Shown: piece by piece, positions 18,046 through 26,977 of the stretch
Layout: every line of letters starts with the position of its first letter
Numbering within the stretch: position 1 is the stretch's first letter
Source: an uncultured Fidelibacterota bacterium
GTDB lineage: Bacteria > Fidelibacterota > Marinisomatia > Marinisomatales > UBA1611
Direction: 5' to 3'
DNA length: 64,000 bases
Assembly (NCBI GenBank): GCA_913043235.1
Contig: CAJWLO010000006.1
Location: forward strand, 270 to 64,269
Notes under the pieces: generated by a model
What the model was told of the DNA's origin: nothing
Databases searched by the model: none
The model's input: only the letters and a program-made list of their open reading frames with translations
Made by a program: the position numbers and the translations under genes

Positions 18046-19247
18046 TTTTCCGGGTCCAGTTTCTGACCTTTCCCCCAGATCTCAAAATGGAGTTTTGATC
18101 CATTAATAGATCCAGACTCTCCCATGTATGCAATCACATCACCGGCACGAATCTCACTGTCCACACTAGTCTGTATATTAGTCACATGGCTGTATACAGT
18201 ATAAAAAGCGCTACCATGGTCAACAATGATTGTTGTTCCATATCCCCGGATATAAGTGATAGTGGTAATTACACCGCTTAAAACTACACGGATCGGTGAG
18301 CCTGGTTGTCCCTTAATATCAATTCCAGGATTTTCCGTGGTAGTTTTTAGTTGCGAATTCCATTGACGTCCAAATTTAGCAGTGATTCTCCCATCTGCAG
18401 GCCATGGCAATTGACCCTGTAAATTTTGAAAACTTTTGGTTTTCATAGCTTCTCTCTGTCGGCGAATTCGATCTTCTCTTTCAAATCTAGATTTATCCTC
18501 GAGGATTTTTTTAATGATATTTTCTAATTGTTTGATCCCTGCTTTTTTTTCTGCGATATAACTGCCAAGTGCTTTTTTATCTGTACGAATCCGCGTTAAT
18601 TCTTTCTGGCGATTAATTTTCATATTTCGCAAAGATTGCATTTGTTTTTCCTTATCCCGTTTTAAGTTAATATTATCGCGCAATGATGCCTCAAGTTCTA
18701 ATTTTTGTTTGCTGATTTGGATAAGGAGTCGTTCTATTTTTACTGTCATTTCTTGTTCAATATCTGAAATTATCTTCAAATAATGGGTGCGATACATGGC
18801 CTGCCTCCAAGATGTAGATGATAGTACTTTTTCCAGATCTGTGAGTCTGCCTTTCATAAAAGTGTTTATAACTCTCTGTTCATATCGCAAACGTAAGAGT
18901 TCCAGTTCCTGTTCATTAAGCTGTAAATCCTTTTTTAATATTTCAATACGGTTCCTTGTTTTACCTTCTTCACTACGAAGGGATTGTATTAATCTTGTGA
19001 TAAGTGCTACTTCTTCATCCAGAGTTGAAATTCGGCGGATGGTGGACCGTTCTCTTGATTCTGTCTTTTTTATCTTCTCCCGCAGGTTCTGAATTTCATC
19101 CTTCAAAGCATTGATTGCTTCATTCTGATAGCGAAGTTCCTCACTATAATCCCTTTGACTGTTTTGGCCAAAAATAGCTGCAAATGAAAAGATTACTACC
19201 AGAATGTTAAATGTGAACTTCATAGATTCGAAAATACCCAATATCAT
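18024..19247 (-). CDS. EnvC-like murein hydrolase activator (coiled coil plus degenerate LytM domain)
   Basis: 407 aa with a signal or anchor segment and a long E/K/R/Q coiled coil. The C-terminal LytM domain has degenerate metal ligands (PGIDIKG, LHFEIW). GGAGG lies 6 nt upstream of the ATG at 19247. Confidence 0.8.
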   Translation of the reverse strand: MILGIFESMKFTFNILVVIFSFAAIFGQNSQRDYSEELRYQNEAINALKDEIQNLREKIKKTESRERSTIRRISTLDEEVALITRLIQSLRSEEGKTRNRIEILKKDLQLNEQELELLRLRYEQRVINTFMKGRLTDLEKVLSSTSWRQAMYRTHYLKIISDIEQEMTVKIERLLIQISKQKLELEASLRDNINLKRDKEKQMQSLRNMKINRQKELTRIRTDKKALGSYIAEKKAGIKQLENIIKKILEDKSRFEREDRIRRQREAMKTKSFQNLQGQLPWPADGRITAKFGRQWNSQLKTTTENPGIDIKGQPGSPIRVVLSGVITTITYIRGYGTTIIVDHGSAFYTVYSHVTNIQTSVDSEIRAGDVIAYMGESGSINGSKLHFEIWGKGQKLDPEKWLTKKQ

Positions 19248-19343
19248 CTTCGACCTCCAATGATGATTTCACATTACTAATCTGAAACTTGATTTCGGTT
19301 ATTTGTAGGTCTAAACTGTATTAGTTATCAGGAGAAAAATTAA

Positions 19344-19829
19344 ATGAAACCCCTTTGGGAAAATTATTTCAATAAAAATAAAATGGATAATCCTGTTATC
19401 CTGACATTACAAACTATACCTATTTTTAAAGATCTTACATCAAAAGAATTTCAGGAAATTTCTAGGCTGGTTCACAAACGTAATTACAAAAAGGGAGAAG
19501 TCATTTTTAAAAAATATGCTCCTGGGGAAGGAATGTATGTAATATTATCAGGTTCTGTGACGATTAAAGACCCTGATTCAGGAATGATATTTGCTTCGTT
19601 ATCCAACGATAATTTTTTTGGAGAAATGGCCCTCCTAGATGAAGAACCGCGTTCTGCCCAAGCAGAGGCAACAAGCCCTTCTGATCTCATCGGGTTTTTT
19701 AGGACAGATCTCAAGTCACTTATTGCCCGTTTCCCTGAAATGGGAAATAAAATATTATTAAATCTTTCCCAAGTCCTAGCAGAAAGGCTTAGAGAAGCCA
19801 ACAAACTTTTGGAAGAAAACTCTAAATAA
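19344..19829 (+). CDS. stand-alone cyclic-nucleotide-binding domain protein
   Basis: 161 aa. Contains FGEMALLDEEPRSAQAEA, the cNMP phosphate-binding cassette. There is no HTH or other output domain. AGGAGA lies upstream of the ATG. Confidence 0.8.
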   Translation: MKPLWENYFNKNKMDNPVILTLQTIPIFKDLTSKEFQEISRLVHKRNYKKGEVIFKKYAPGEGMYVILSGSVTIKDPDSGMIFASLSNDNFFGEMALLDEEPRSAQAEATSPSDLIGFFRTDLKSLIARFPEMGNKILLNLSQVLAERLREANKLLEENSK

Positions 19830-20935
19830 TGGATGCAACCATTAAAATATATCGATTACTGGTAGGGATTATCATTGTAGTGGTCTGCTGGATCCTGTTA
19901 CCCTATATTTCTCCCGTATTGATTATGCTGATTCTTGCTTTCATTTTTACTTCCATATTTCTACCTCTAGTAGATTCCTTAGAACGAAAAATTCGCAATC
20001 GTGGATTAAGTGTATTTCTGATTGTTAGTTTTTCCATCGTAGCATTCATTTGGTTTATTGGTAGTTTTATGTCAAATTTTGGTCTTCAGATCAAAATTTT
20101 CTCTGAAAAACTTCAAAAACAGGAGTTTTCAAATAGTTTAATCACTCTATGGAATAAAATTCAGGTTATGGTCCCTGATTCCATAATCAATATCATCCCG
20201 GAAAGCTCCGATATTATTACCAGTTTACAGGGAAAACTGAGCAATATTTTTCAAAATATTCTTGGCCTATTGAGTACTACTGGAAATATTGTTTTCATTT
20301 TAATTATGACCTTGATTTTCACTGTTATTGTGTTGGTAGAATATTACAGTTTCAAGAGATCAATGGTACGATTCATTCCCAATAGATATTTTGAAATAGG
20401 ATTGCGATTGATTTATAATATAGAACAGCAGGTTTCAAAATTTTTAATGGGTCAATTGCTGGCTGCTTTCACGGTTGCCTTGCTATCAACCTTTGGCTTA
20501 TTTATATTAAACCAAATGGGTGCAAATCTGACCTTAATCATATTTATCGGTATAATTGCAGGTTTTGCAAATCTAATACCCATGGTTGGACCATTTGTAG
20601 GAATGATTCCTGCAATATTGATTGCTATTATGAATAACCTTGGCAATAACGCCGCTATGGGGCATTATCTTTTTGGAGCCATCCCTTCCCCTTTTTTCAT
20701 TTTTGATATTATATTAATGTTTATCATTGTCCAGCAGATTGATAATAATTTTGTGACACCTATCGTTGTGGGTGAAAGTACAGGTTTACATCCTATGATC
20801 GTCATGATCGCTTTATTGATTGGCGGTACTCTAATGGGACCGCTTGGCATGTTATTTGCCGTACCGGCTGCCGGGATAATTAAAGTTGTTATCCAAGAAA
20901 TTACTTTCGTATCCCAAAATTCTCATTTGCTGTAA
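19829..20935 (+). CDS. AI-2E (PerM/YhhT, UPF0118) family transporter
   Basis: 368 aa and polytopic. The conserved tail is QQIDNNFVTPIVVGESTGLHPMIVMIALLIGGTLMGPLGMLFAVP. Its start overlaps the upstream stop (TAATG). Confidence 0.85.
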   Translation: MDATIKIYRLLVGIIIVVVCWILLPYISPVLIMLILAFIFTSIFLPLVDSLERKIRNRGLSVFLIVSFSIVAFIWFIGSFMSNFGLQIKIFSEKLQKQEFSNSLITLWNKIQVMVPDSIINIIPESSDIITSLQGKLSNIFQNILGLLSTTGNIVFILIMTLIFTVIVLVEYYSFKRSMVRFIPNRYFEIGLRLIYNIEQQVSKFLMGQLLAAFTVALLSTFGLFILNQMGANLTLIIFIGIIAGFANLIPMVGPFVGMIPAILIAIMNNLGNNAAMGHYLFGAIPSPFFIFDIILMFIIVQQIDNNFVTPIVVGESTGLHPMIVMIALLIGGTLMGPLGMLFAVPAAGIIKVVIQEITFVSQNSHLL

Positions 20936-20938
20936 ATT

Positions 20939-22789
20939 CTATATTTCTTCTATCCTAAAAAGAACATAACCCTGAAACGAAAGGTAAAGTGTTTTCTTAT
21001 CTATAAAATAAATCCAGAGCTGTTCATTCGGATCATCTCGACTACCGTCAATTACCTTTTCATGGGGTTCACCCATGAGTTTTTGAATCTGGGGAAGAGA
21101 CATCCCTAGTTCCACACGTTCAGAGCGAGCCCGTGTTTGTTTTTCTCGGGCTAGGTTCATTCTTTCCTCGATACGTGAATTCACTTTGTATTTATCATAT
21201 TTATCTAACTTACTTTGTAGATCTTGCAGCAGTTTCTCATTTTTATTGCCAATACCCCCAGCGAGCTCCCTAGCATATTTGAGAGACTCTATAGCCAGTG
21301 GAATTTCATCAAATTCATCAGCTTCCGCAGCAAGATTTACCATTTGAATCCCTGCATTGTACTGCAATGCTTTGACCATAAACACAAGTTCCGGATTCAT
21401 ATTCAATGCTTCAGCATATTTCCCCATCGCTTTCCCAATGAATCCAGCTTTCTGCAATTCTTTTCCATCTCCTAATATTGTATAGGACTTAAATCGGCGA
21501 AGTGCCTTCGTACCATGATCAGAAAACCTAGCCACACGTCGAACAATTTCAATAGCATCATCGTAGCGTTCAGCAGGCAAAAGCATTTCTGCTTCATTCA
21601 TCCAGTCCAATGCAATTTGATCCAAGCGACCATCTAAGGCGAACATGATGATAGTATCATTTTTAACAAGTGATTTGGCTTGGAGATATTTTTCCAAGGA
21701 CTGCTCCGTTTCCCCTTTATCATCTAACACGACACCTTCTTCCATGATTACGTATGGAATTTTTCGCTCACATATCTCCAGATATTCAAGGGCTCGGTTA
21801 CGATTAGCATGGGAAGGGTATTCTTTTAGAAATCGCTTAAATTCATTCCTAGCACTTACATAATCCCTATGATAATATAATTTTTTAGCTTCATCACCAA
21901 TGCTCCGCTTCCCGCCATAAAATGCAGAAATGGTTAGATAGAATCCATAATTTGAAAGATCAAAATCACGGATCGGGGTCAGGTCTCCCGGATCGTTAAT
22001 CGTGTTAATTTTAGTGTACGAATGACGAAAATCCAGTCCAATTGTAAATCGATTGGATTTTCCAGGATCCATGATAAATCTTATTCCTACGCCTAGAGCC
22101 ATGGATGTTCCTGAACCTGTAGGAATATCATCCCATATTTCATTATCGGTTGTGTAAAATTTAGTGGTGGCAAAACCATAGGAATAACGGAAGTTCAAAT
22201 ACCAGAAATTGAATGGTTGCCATTGTAGGGTATTGGTAATTAAAAATTCATTCATAAGCGGCGAAAATTTCTTTTTTTCACCCCAGCTTGCTGTTGTGTT
22301 ACCCCAGATTGAATAAGGAAGAAATGCTGGGGAAAAAATACTACTTCTCCTGTAATTCAGCCCTGTCATCATATTCATCCAACTGGTTCTAATTAAATAG
22401 TGTGGTAAATTAACCAATCCAAGATCCAGATCAATTGCCGGTCCCCAAATATTTGTAAATCCCTGATCAAGTTGCTCGATGGTATCATCTTCATAATTAA
22501 TGTTCCCTTTTTCATCTTTTGCGGAAGGATTTGATATACCTCCGGAAAAAGCGCCATTAAAACCAACACCGTATTTTAACTCAATGGGGATAAGGGTTAC
22601 AGGAGCAGAAAATTCCCGTGATCGAAACCATTTATCAAACCAATACCCAGATTCATAAGGTGATTCTTTATCAAACTTGATAAGGCCAAATAGAAATGTT
22701 CGGGGTTCTTTTTCACCAGATGCTTGACTAAAAAGTATCCCTGCGAAAACAACCGTTATAAAATAGCGACTATGTTTGTGGACAAACAT
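20939..22789 (-). CDS. exported hypothetical protein: beta-rich (barrel-like) N-half, TPR-like helical middle, BamE/SmpA-like C-terminus
   Basis: 616 aa with a signal-like N-terminus. Residues ~30-300 are rich in alternating aromatic and Gly residues. Helical repeats follow. The C-terminus is GMSLPQIQKLMGEPHEKV..EQLWIYF. Domain calls are by eye only. Confidence 0.45.
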   Translation of the reverse strand: MFVHKHSRYFITVVFAGILFSQASGEKEPRTFLFGLIKFDKESPYESGYWFDKWFRSREFSAPVTLIPIELKYGVGFNGAFSGGISNPSAKDEKGNINYEDDTIEQLDQGFTNIWGPAIDLDLGLVNLPHYLIRTSWMNMMTGLNYRRSSIFSPAFLPYSIWGNTTASWGEKKKFSPLMNEFLITNTLQWQPFNFWYLNFRYSYGFATTKFYTTDNEIWDDIPTGSGTSMALGVGIRFIMDPGKSNRFTIGLDFRHSYTKINTINDPGDLTPIRDFDLSNYGFYLTISAFYGGKRSIGDEAKKLYYHRDYVSARNEFKRFLKEYPSHANRNRALEYLEICERKIPYVIMEEGVVLDDKGETEQSLEKYLQAKSLVKNDTIIMFALDGRLDQIALDWMNEAEMLLPAERYDDAIEIVRRVARFSDHGTKALRRFKSYTILGDGKELQKAGFIGKAMGKYAEALNMNPELVFMVKALQYNAGIQMVNLAAEADEFDEIPLAIESLKYARELAGGIGNKNEKLLQDLQSKLDKYDKYKVNSRIEERMNLAREKQTRARSERVELGMSLPQIQKLMGEPHEKVIDGSRDDPNEQLWIYFIDKKTLYLSFQGYVLFRIEEI

Positions 22790-22906
22790 GTGTCTTTAAA
22801 ATTCCATGATTCCTAGGTTTTTTACAAGAAGAGACTAATAAATTCTACGTTAATTTTTGCACCTTAATAAAAGGAACAAATCTTTTGGTAGAATCATTCA
22901 TAAGTT

Positions 22907-23551
22907 ATGGTTAAGAATAGAATATTTATTATTTCCTTTTTGAGCATTCTTTCTGCTCAAAAATTCACCATAGCTCGAATTCATTATAGTGGCGGTGGCG
23001 ACTGGTACAGTGATCCCAGTAGCCTCCCCAACCTGCTCGAGTTTGTACAAACTCATACTTCTATGTCAGTAAATCCGGAAGAAGTACGCTTAAAATTAAC
23101 AGATGCAGACGCAGGTTATTATCCATATCTTTATCTTACTGGGCATGGAAACATACGTTTTACGGATGATGAGGTGATTGCACTGCGGTCTATGATTATG
23201 AACGGTGCTTTTCTCCATGCTGATGACAATTACGGCATGGATCAATCCTTCAGGAGGGAAATGAAAAGGGTATTCCCCAATAAAGATTTAATTCCCCTTC
23301 CCCATAATCATCCTATTTTTTCATCCTATTTTATAATGGAATCAGGATTGCCAAAAGTGCATGAACATGATAATAACCCTCCTCAAGCCCTGGGCTTGTT
23401 TGATAATGAAAAATTGATTGTACTTTATACCTTTGAATCTGATCTGGGGGATGGCTGGGAAGATGCAAGTGTCCACAATGATCCTTGGTCTATTCGTGAA
23501 GCAGCACTAAAAATGGGAACTAATATCATTTATTTTGCCCTGACCCAGTAG
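22907..23551 (+). CDS. DUF4159-like exported protein
   Basis: 214 aa with signal peptide MVKNRIFIISFLSILSAQ. The pattern ARIHYSGGGDWYSDPSSLPNLL..YPYLYLTGHGNIRFTDDEVIALRSMIMNGAFLHADDNYG..VFPNKDLIPLPHNHPIF matches my memory of DUF4159. Confidence 0.65.
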   Translation: MVKNRIFIISFLSILSAQKFTIARIHYSGGGDWYSDPSSLPNLLEFVQTHTSMSVNPEEVRLKLTDADAGYYPYLYLTGHGNIRFTDDEVIALRSMIMNGAFLHADDNYGMDQSFRREMKRVFPNKDLIPLPHNHPIFSSYFIMESGLPKVHEHDNNPPQALGLFDNEKLIVLYTFESDLGDGWEDASVHNDPWSIREAALKMGTNIIYFALTQ

Positions 23552-26500
23552 ATGAAAATACGAAACTATCTTTTCAAAGTTCGAAAAATCAAGTTCATGC
23601 AAGATGTTCTAATAGGAGGGATGGCGATCACAATTATTTTATCTATTTTTTTCCTTATGGCACTGCAGTTGGAAACGATTTTTTATTTTTCATCAAACAT
23701 AAAGCTTGCTACGATTTACATTTTACTTGGTCTCACTGTCCTTATATTATTTATTATTATGGTCACCTGGCTAAGTGCTCGTATAGATAAGGTAAAAAGA
23801 TATCAAATCAAAGAACTGGCCAACGTAATAGGGAAAGTTGTATTCCCGGAAAAACCAGACGCAATTTTAAATGCAAACCAGTTGGATGAGAATAAACATA
23901 ATAATCAGTCCCAAGCATTAGCAGAATCCTATATCTTATCAATAAAGAAAAAATTAAAAGTACTTGATTTTGAAAAACTTATTTTTAATCCAAAAATAAT
24001 TACATTAAAAATAAGCATTCTCTCTGTTTGGATTATTGCCATTTTGTTTTTTTCATTACGATATCAAAAAACCACAGATGCATTTTATCGCTTGGGACAT
24101 CCAAATTCAGAGTTTCCTGTGCCCAAGCCTTTTTCCTTAATCAATCTCAGTGGCAATATTCATATCCTCGGGGGCGAACCAGCCAATATAAAAATTCATT
24201 CTTCCGGGGCAAAACCGGATTCCGTTCACTTACGCTTAATTCCATCCCAGACATCAACCCAGGAGCGGGATTCATTATCACTTCAATTTTCATCAAACCT
24301 GAGTCCATCCGGCTTTTACCTGTTTGAATTACCAGAATTATTCCAAGATTATACATATGAAGCATATGTTCCTGCTAAATATTATTGGGAAGCATGGTTG
24401 GAAGTGGTTTCAAAACCAGACACAATCTTTGTTACAGATCGACCTGTATTCAAATCTTTCCAAATTATGGTCATACCGCCAGATTACAGTAAACTCCCAT
24501 CAGAAACGCAGGAGGGTAATATTGCTGTGGTGCATGGTTTAAAAGGTTCTGACATACAGGTAAATCTTTCATCCAACCGAACACTTACATCAGCTTATTT
24601 CCAGATAAACGACCAACAGAAAGCTTTATTGACAATGGGAAAAAAAGCAACAGGGAACTTCAAATTCATGGAAGAAGGGGAATTCACCGTAAATCTTGTA
24701 GATAACCGAGGAATAACAAATCGTGATCCCGTACCCTATGCCTTGGAAATGATTCCTGACCATAAGCCTTCCATGACGATCTTAAAACCAGCTCGCCTGA
24801 CCGAACTAGGCAGCAATATGTCTGTCCCTTTTCACCTGGAAATTGAAGACGATTACGGATTTTCAGATTTACAGGTTGCCTATGAGGTGCGGCGGCCTAT
24901 TTTTCTAGAAGCAGATCCTTATGTTGCAATGTTTACAGTCACAGAGCTTAATACTGATACCACTTTTCAATCCATTAAAACGAGCTGGGATCTATTAGAT
25001 ATGATGTTAATGCCGGAAGATGAAATCCATTTCCATTTTGAATTATCTGATAACGATATCATTTCTGGACCCAATACAACAATTTCTACCACATTTATAG
25101 CCCGAGTTCCTTCTTTGGCCGATCTCTACGAATCGGCCGAGAAAAATGAATCACAATTTGTGGATGATCTGGTAGAAAGTATGGATGATTTTCAGGAGCT
25201 AAAGGAGAATATTGAATCACTGAACTTGGAGGCACTTAAAACAACAGATCTCAAATGGGAACAGCAGCAGGAGATGAAAGATGTACTTGAAAAAGCTGCT
25301 GAAGAACTACAAAATTTGGAAAAAATGGCTGAGGCACTTAACTCTATTATACAGAAAGGTGAAAAGCATGATCTTTTTTCTCCTGCCCTGCTGGATAAAT
25401 TCAAAGAACTTTCGGAATTGATCCAGAATATCATGCCCGAAGAAATGATGAACCCGATGGATGATCTCCAAAAAGCTCTCGATGAAATGGATATGAAATC
25501 AATCCAGCAATCCCTGAGTGATCTGGCAGAAAACATGGAACAGATAGAACAGGATTTAGACCGCTACCTGGAAATATTCCGCAGATTGCAGGCTGAACAA
25601 AAGATGGATGAACTTGAATCCCGTATGCAACAGTTAATGGAACAACAGAATGCCCTCGATCAGGAAATGAACCATCTTCAAAATGAAGATGCTTCAAATC
25701 TTGCCCGATTGGCTCAGGAAGAAAAAAGAAATTTGGAAGAATTAAATGCGGTCGAGAATCTCATAGAAAAAGCGGATGAAATGATAGAACCCTTCAGCAA
25801 AAAGACAGCTGAGGATTTGGCAGAATTCTCCCAAGATCCTATTCTGGAAGCCACGGAAGAACAGTTGAAAGAAACAATGAAAAATCTTAACAAGCAAAAT
25901 AGAACCCAGGCACAAAAAACTAGTGAACAGTCCTTAATGAACATGAAAAAGATCATGCAAAAAATAACTAAAATCAGACAAGAATTTCAGCAGGAAACAG
26001 TATCGGAAATGGTTGAAAAATTCCAACAGACCATTAGAGATCTTCTCTACCTTTCCAGTCAAGAAGAACAATTGAAAACTAATTTAAAAACTACATCCAG
26101 AAATTCTCCTCGGTTACGTGATTTTGCCGTTCAACAACAGGTACTCCAGGATCAACTGAAATCAATTATGGAACAAATGATGGATCTATCTAAACAGACA
26201 TTTTCCATAACACCGGATATCGGTCGGGCAATAGGCAAGGCAAATGCCGGTATGGAAGAAGCAAAAAGCAACCTAACAGAGCGCCAAGTTTCCAAGGCAG
26301 GACAAAAACAGGACCAAGCCATGGAAGGTTTAAACGAGGCTGCAATGGAAATGTTTAATAGTATTCAGCAAATGAAAAGTTCAGGATCATCCAGCGGTTA
26401 TGAAAATTTTTTACAGATGATGCAACAAATGGCTGGTCAGCAGCAAAGCCTTAACCAACAGGGAATGCAAATTGCCCTGGGACAAATGGCAGCCGCCGCA

Positions 26501-26977
26501 CAGTTGCAAATAATGCAGCAAATGCTTCAGAAACAACAAGGGATAAGAAAATCCTTGGATCAGCTTATGAATGAAATGAAACAGTCTGGAACCCATGGCC
26601 AAGGTGATTTTTCAGGAATGAGAGCAGATATAGATAATGTAATTAATGATCTACAAAAAAATATATATACTCCAAAAACACAGCAGCGACAGCAGCGAAT
26701 TCTATCTCGAATGCTGGATAGTCAAACGTCCATGACCCAGCGGGGTTTTAAGGATCAGAGAAAATCAACCATTTCAGACCCAGAGATTACATTTAAAGGT
26801 CCTGGAGGGTTGCCTACAGATATGGGACAAAGACAAAACTTAGCGCTTCAAGCCTTAAATAAAGCGATCAATGCAGGTTATTCCCGAGAACATCAGAATA
26901 TGATCAAGCGTTATTTTAATTCATTAAGTCAAATACAAATCAAAACAAGACCATTTGAAGGTGAAATAGTTGAATAA
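23552..26977 (+). CDS. large membrane-anchored protein: 3 TM segments, a beta-rich ectodomain, a ~480-aa coiled coil and a Q/M-rich low-complexity tract (DUF4175-like)
   Basis: 1141 aa. TM segments lie near aa 20-42, 50-75 and 150-172. Motifs PDHKPSMTILKP and EDDYGFSDLQVAY occur in the ectodomain. An E/K/Q/L/M-rich region runs from aa ~520 to ~1000. The low-complexity tract is FLQMMQQMAGQQQSLNQQGMQIALGQMAAAAQLQIMQQMLQKQQG. Confidence 0.6.
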   Translation: MKIRNYLFKVRKIKFMQDVLIGGMAITIILSIFFLMALQLETIFYFSSNIKLATIYILLGLTVLILFIIMVTWLSARIDKVKRYQIKELANVIGKVVFPEKPDAILNANQLDENKHNNQSQALAESYILSIKKKLKVLDFEKLIFNPKIITLKISILSVWIIAILFFSLRYQKTTDAFYRLGHPNSEFPVPKPFSLINLSGNIHILGGEPANIKIHSSGAKPDSVHLRLIPSQTSTQERDSLSLQFSSNLSPSGFYLFELPELFQDYTYEAYVPAKYYWEAWLEVVSKPDTIFVTDRPVFKSFQIMVIPPDYSKLPSETQEGNIAVVHGLKGSDIQVNLSSNRTLTSAYFQINDQQKALLTMGKKATGNFKFMEEGEFTVNLVDNRGITNRDPVPYALEMIPDHKPSMTILKPARLTELGSNMSVPFHLEIEDDYGFSDLQVAYEVRRPIFLEADPYVAMFTVTELNTDTTFQSIKTSWDLLDMMLMPEDEIHFHFELSDNDIISGPNTTISTTFIARVPSLADLYESAEKNESQFVDDLVESMDDFQELKENIESLNLEALKTTDLKWEQQQEMKDVLEKAAEELQNLEKMAEALNSIIQKGEKHDLFSPALLDKFKELSELIQNIMPEEMMNPMDDLQKALDEMDMKSIQQSLSDLAENMEQIEQDLDRYLEIFRRLQAEQKMDELESRMQQLMEQQNALDQEMNHLQNEDASNLARLAQEEKRNLEELNAVENLIEKADEMIEPFSKKTAEDLAEFSQDPILEATEEQLKETMKNLNKQNRTQAQKTSEQSLMNMKKIMQKITKIRQEFQQETVSEMVEKFQQTIRDLLYLSSQEEQLKTNLKTTSRNSPRLRDFAVQQQVLQDQLKSIMEQMMDLSKQTFSITPDIGRAIGKANAGMEEAKSNLTERQVSKAGQKQDQAMEGLNEAAMEMFNSIQQMKSSGSSSGYENFLQMMQQMAGQQQSLNQQGMQIALGQMAAAAQLQIMQQMLQKQQGIRKSLDQLMNEMKQSGTHGQGDFSGMRADIDNVINDLQKNIYTPKTQQRQQRILSRMLDSQTSMTQRGFKDQRKSTISDPEITFKGPGGLPTDMGQRQNLALQALNKAINAGYSREHQNMIKRYFNSLSQIQIKTRPFEGEIVE

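Noticed and set aside
25192-25956. Three consecutive minus-strand ORFs (114, 88 and 80 aa) inside the 1141-aa gene.
   Set aside because: They mirror the GAA/AAA/CAG-rich coiled-coil coding region, so antisense gives Ser/Phe-rich frames. They do not form a plausible operon.
25110-26700. Apparent repetitiveness of the DNA in the coiled-coil and Q/M-rich region (possible tandem repeat or CRISPR-like array).
   Set aside because: I found no exact DNA repeat units or regular spacing. The periodicity is at the amino-acid composition level only.
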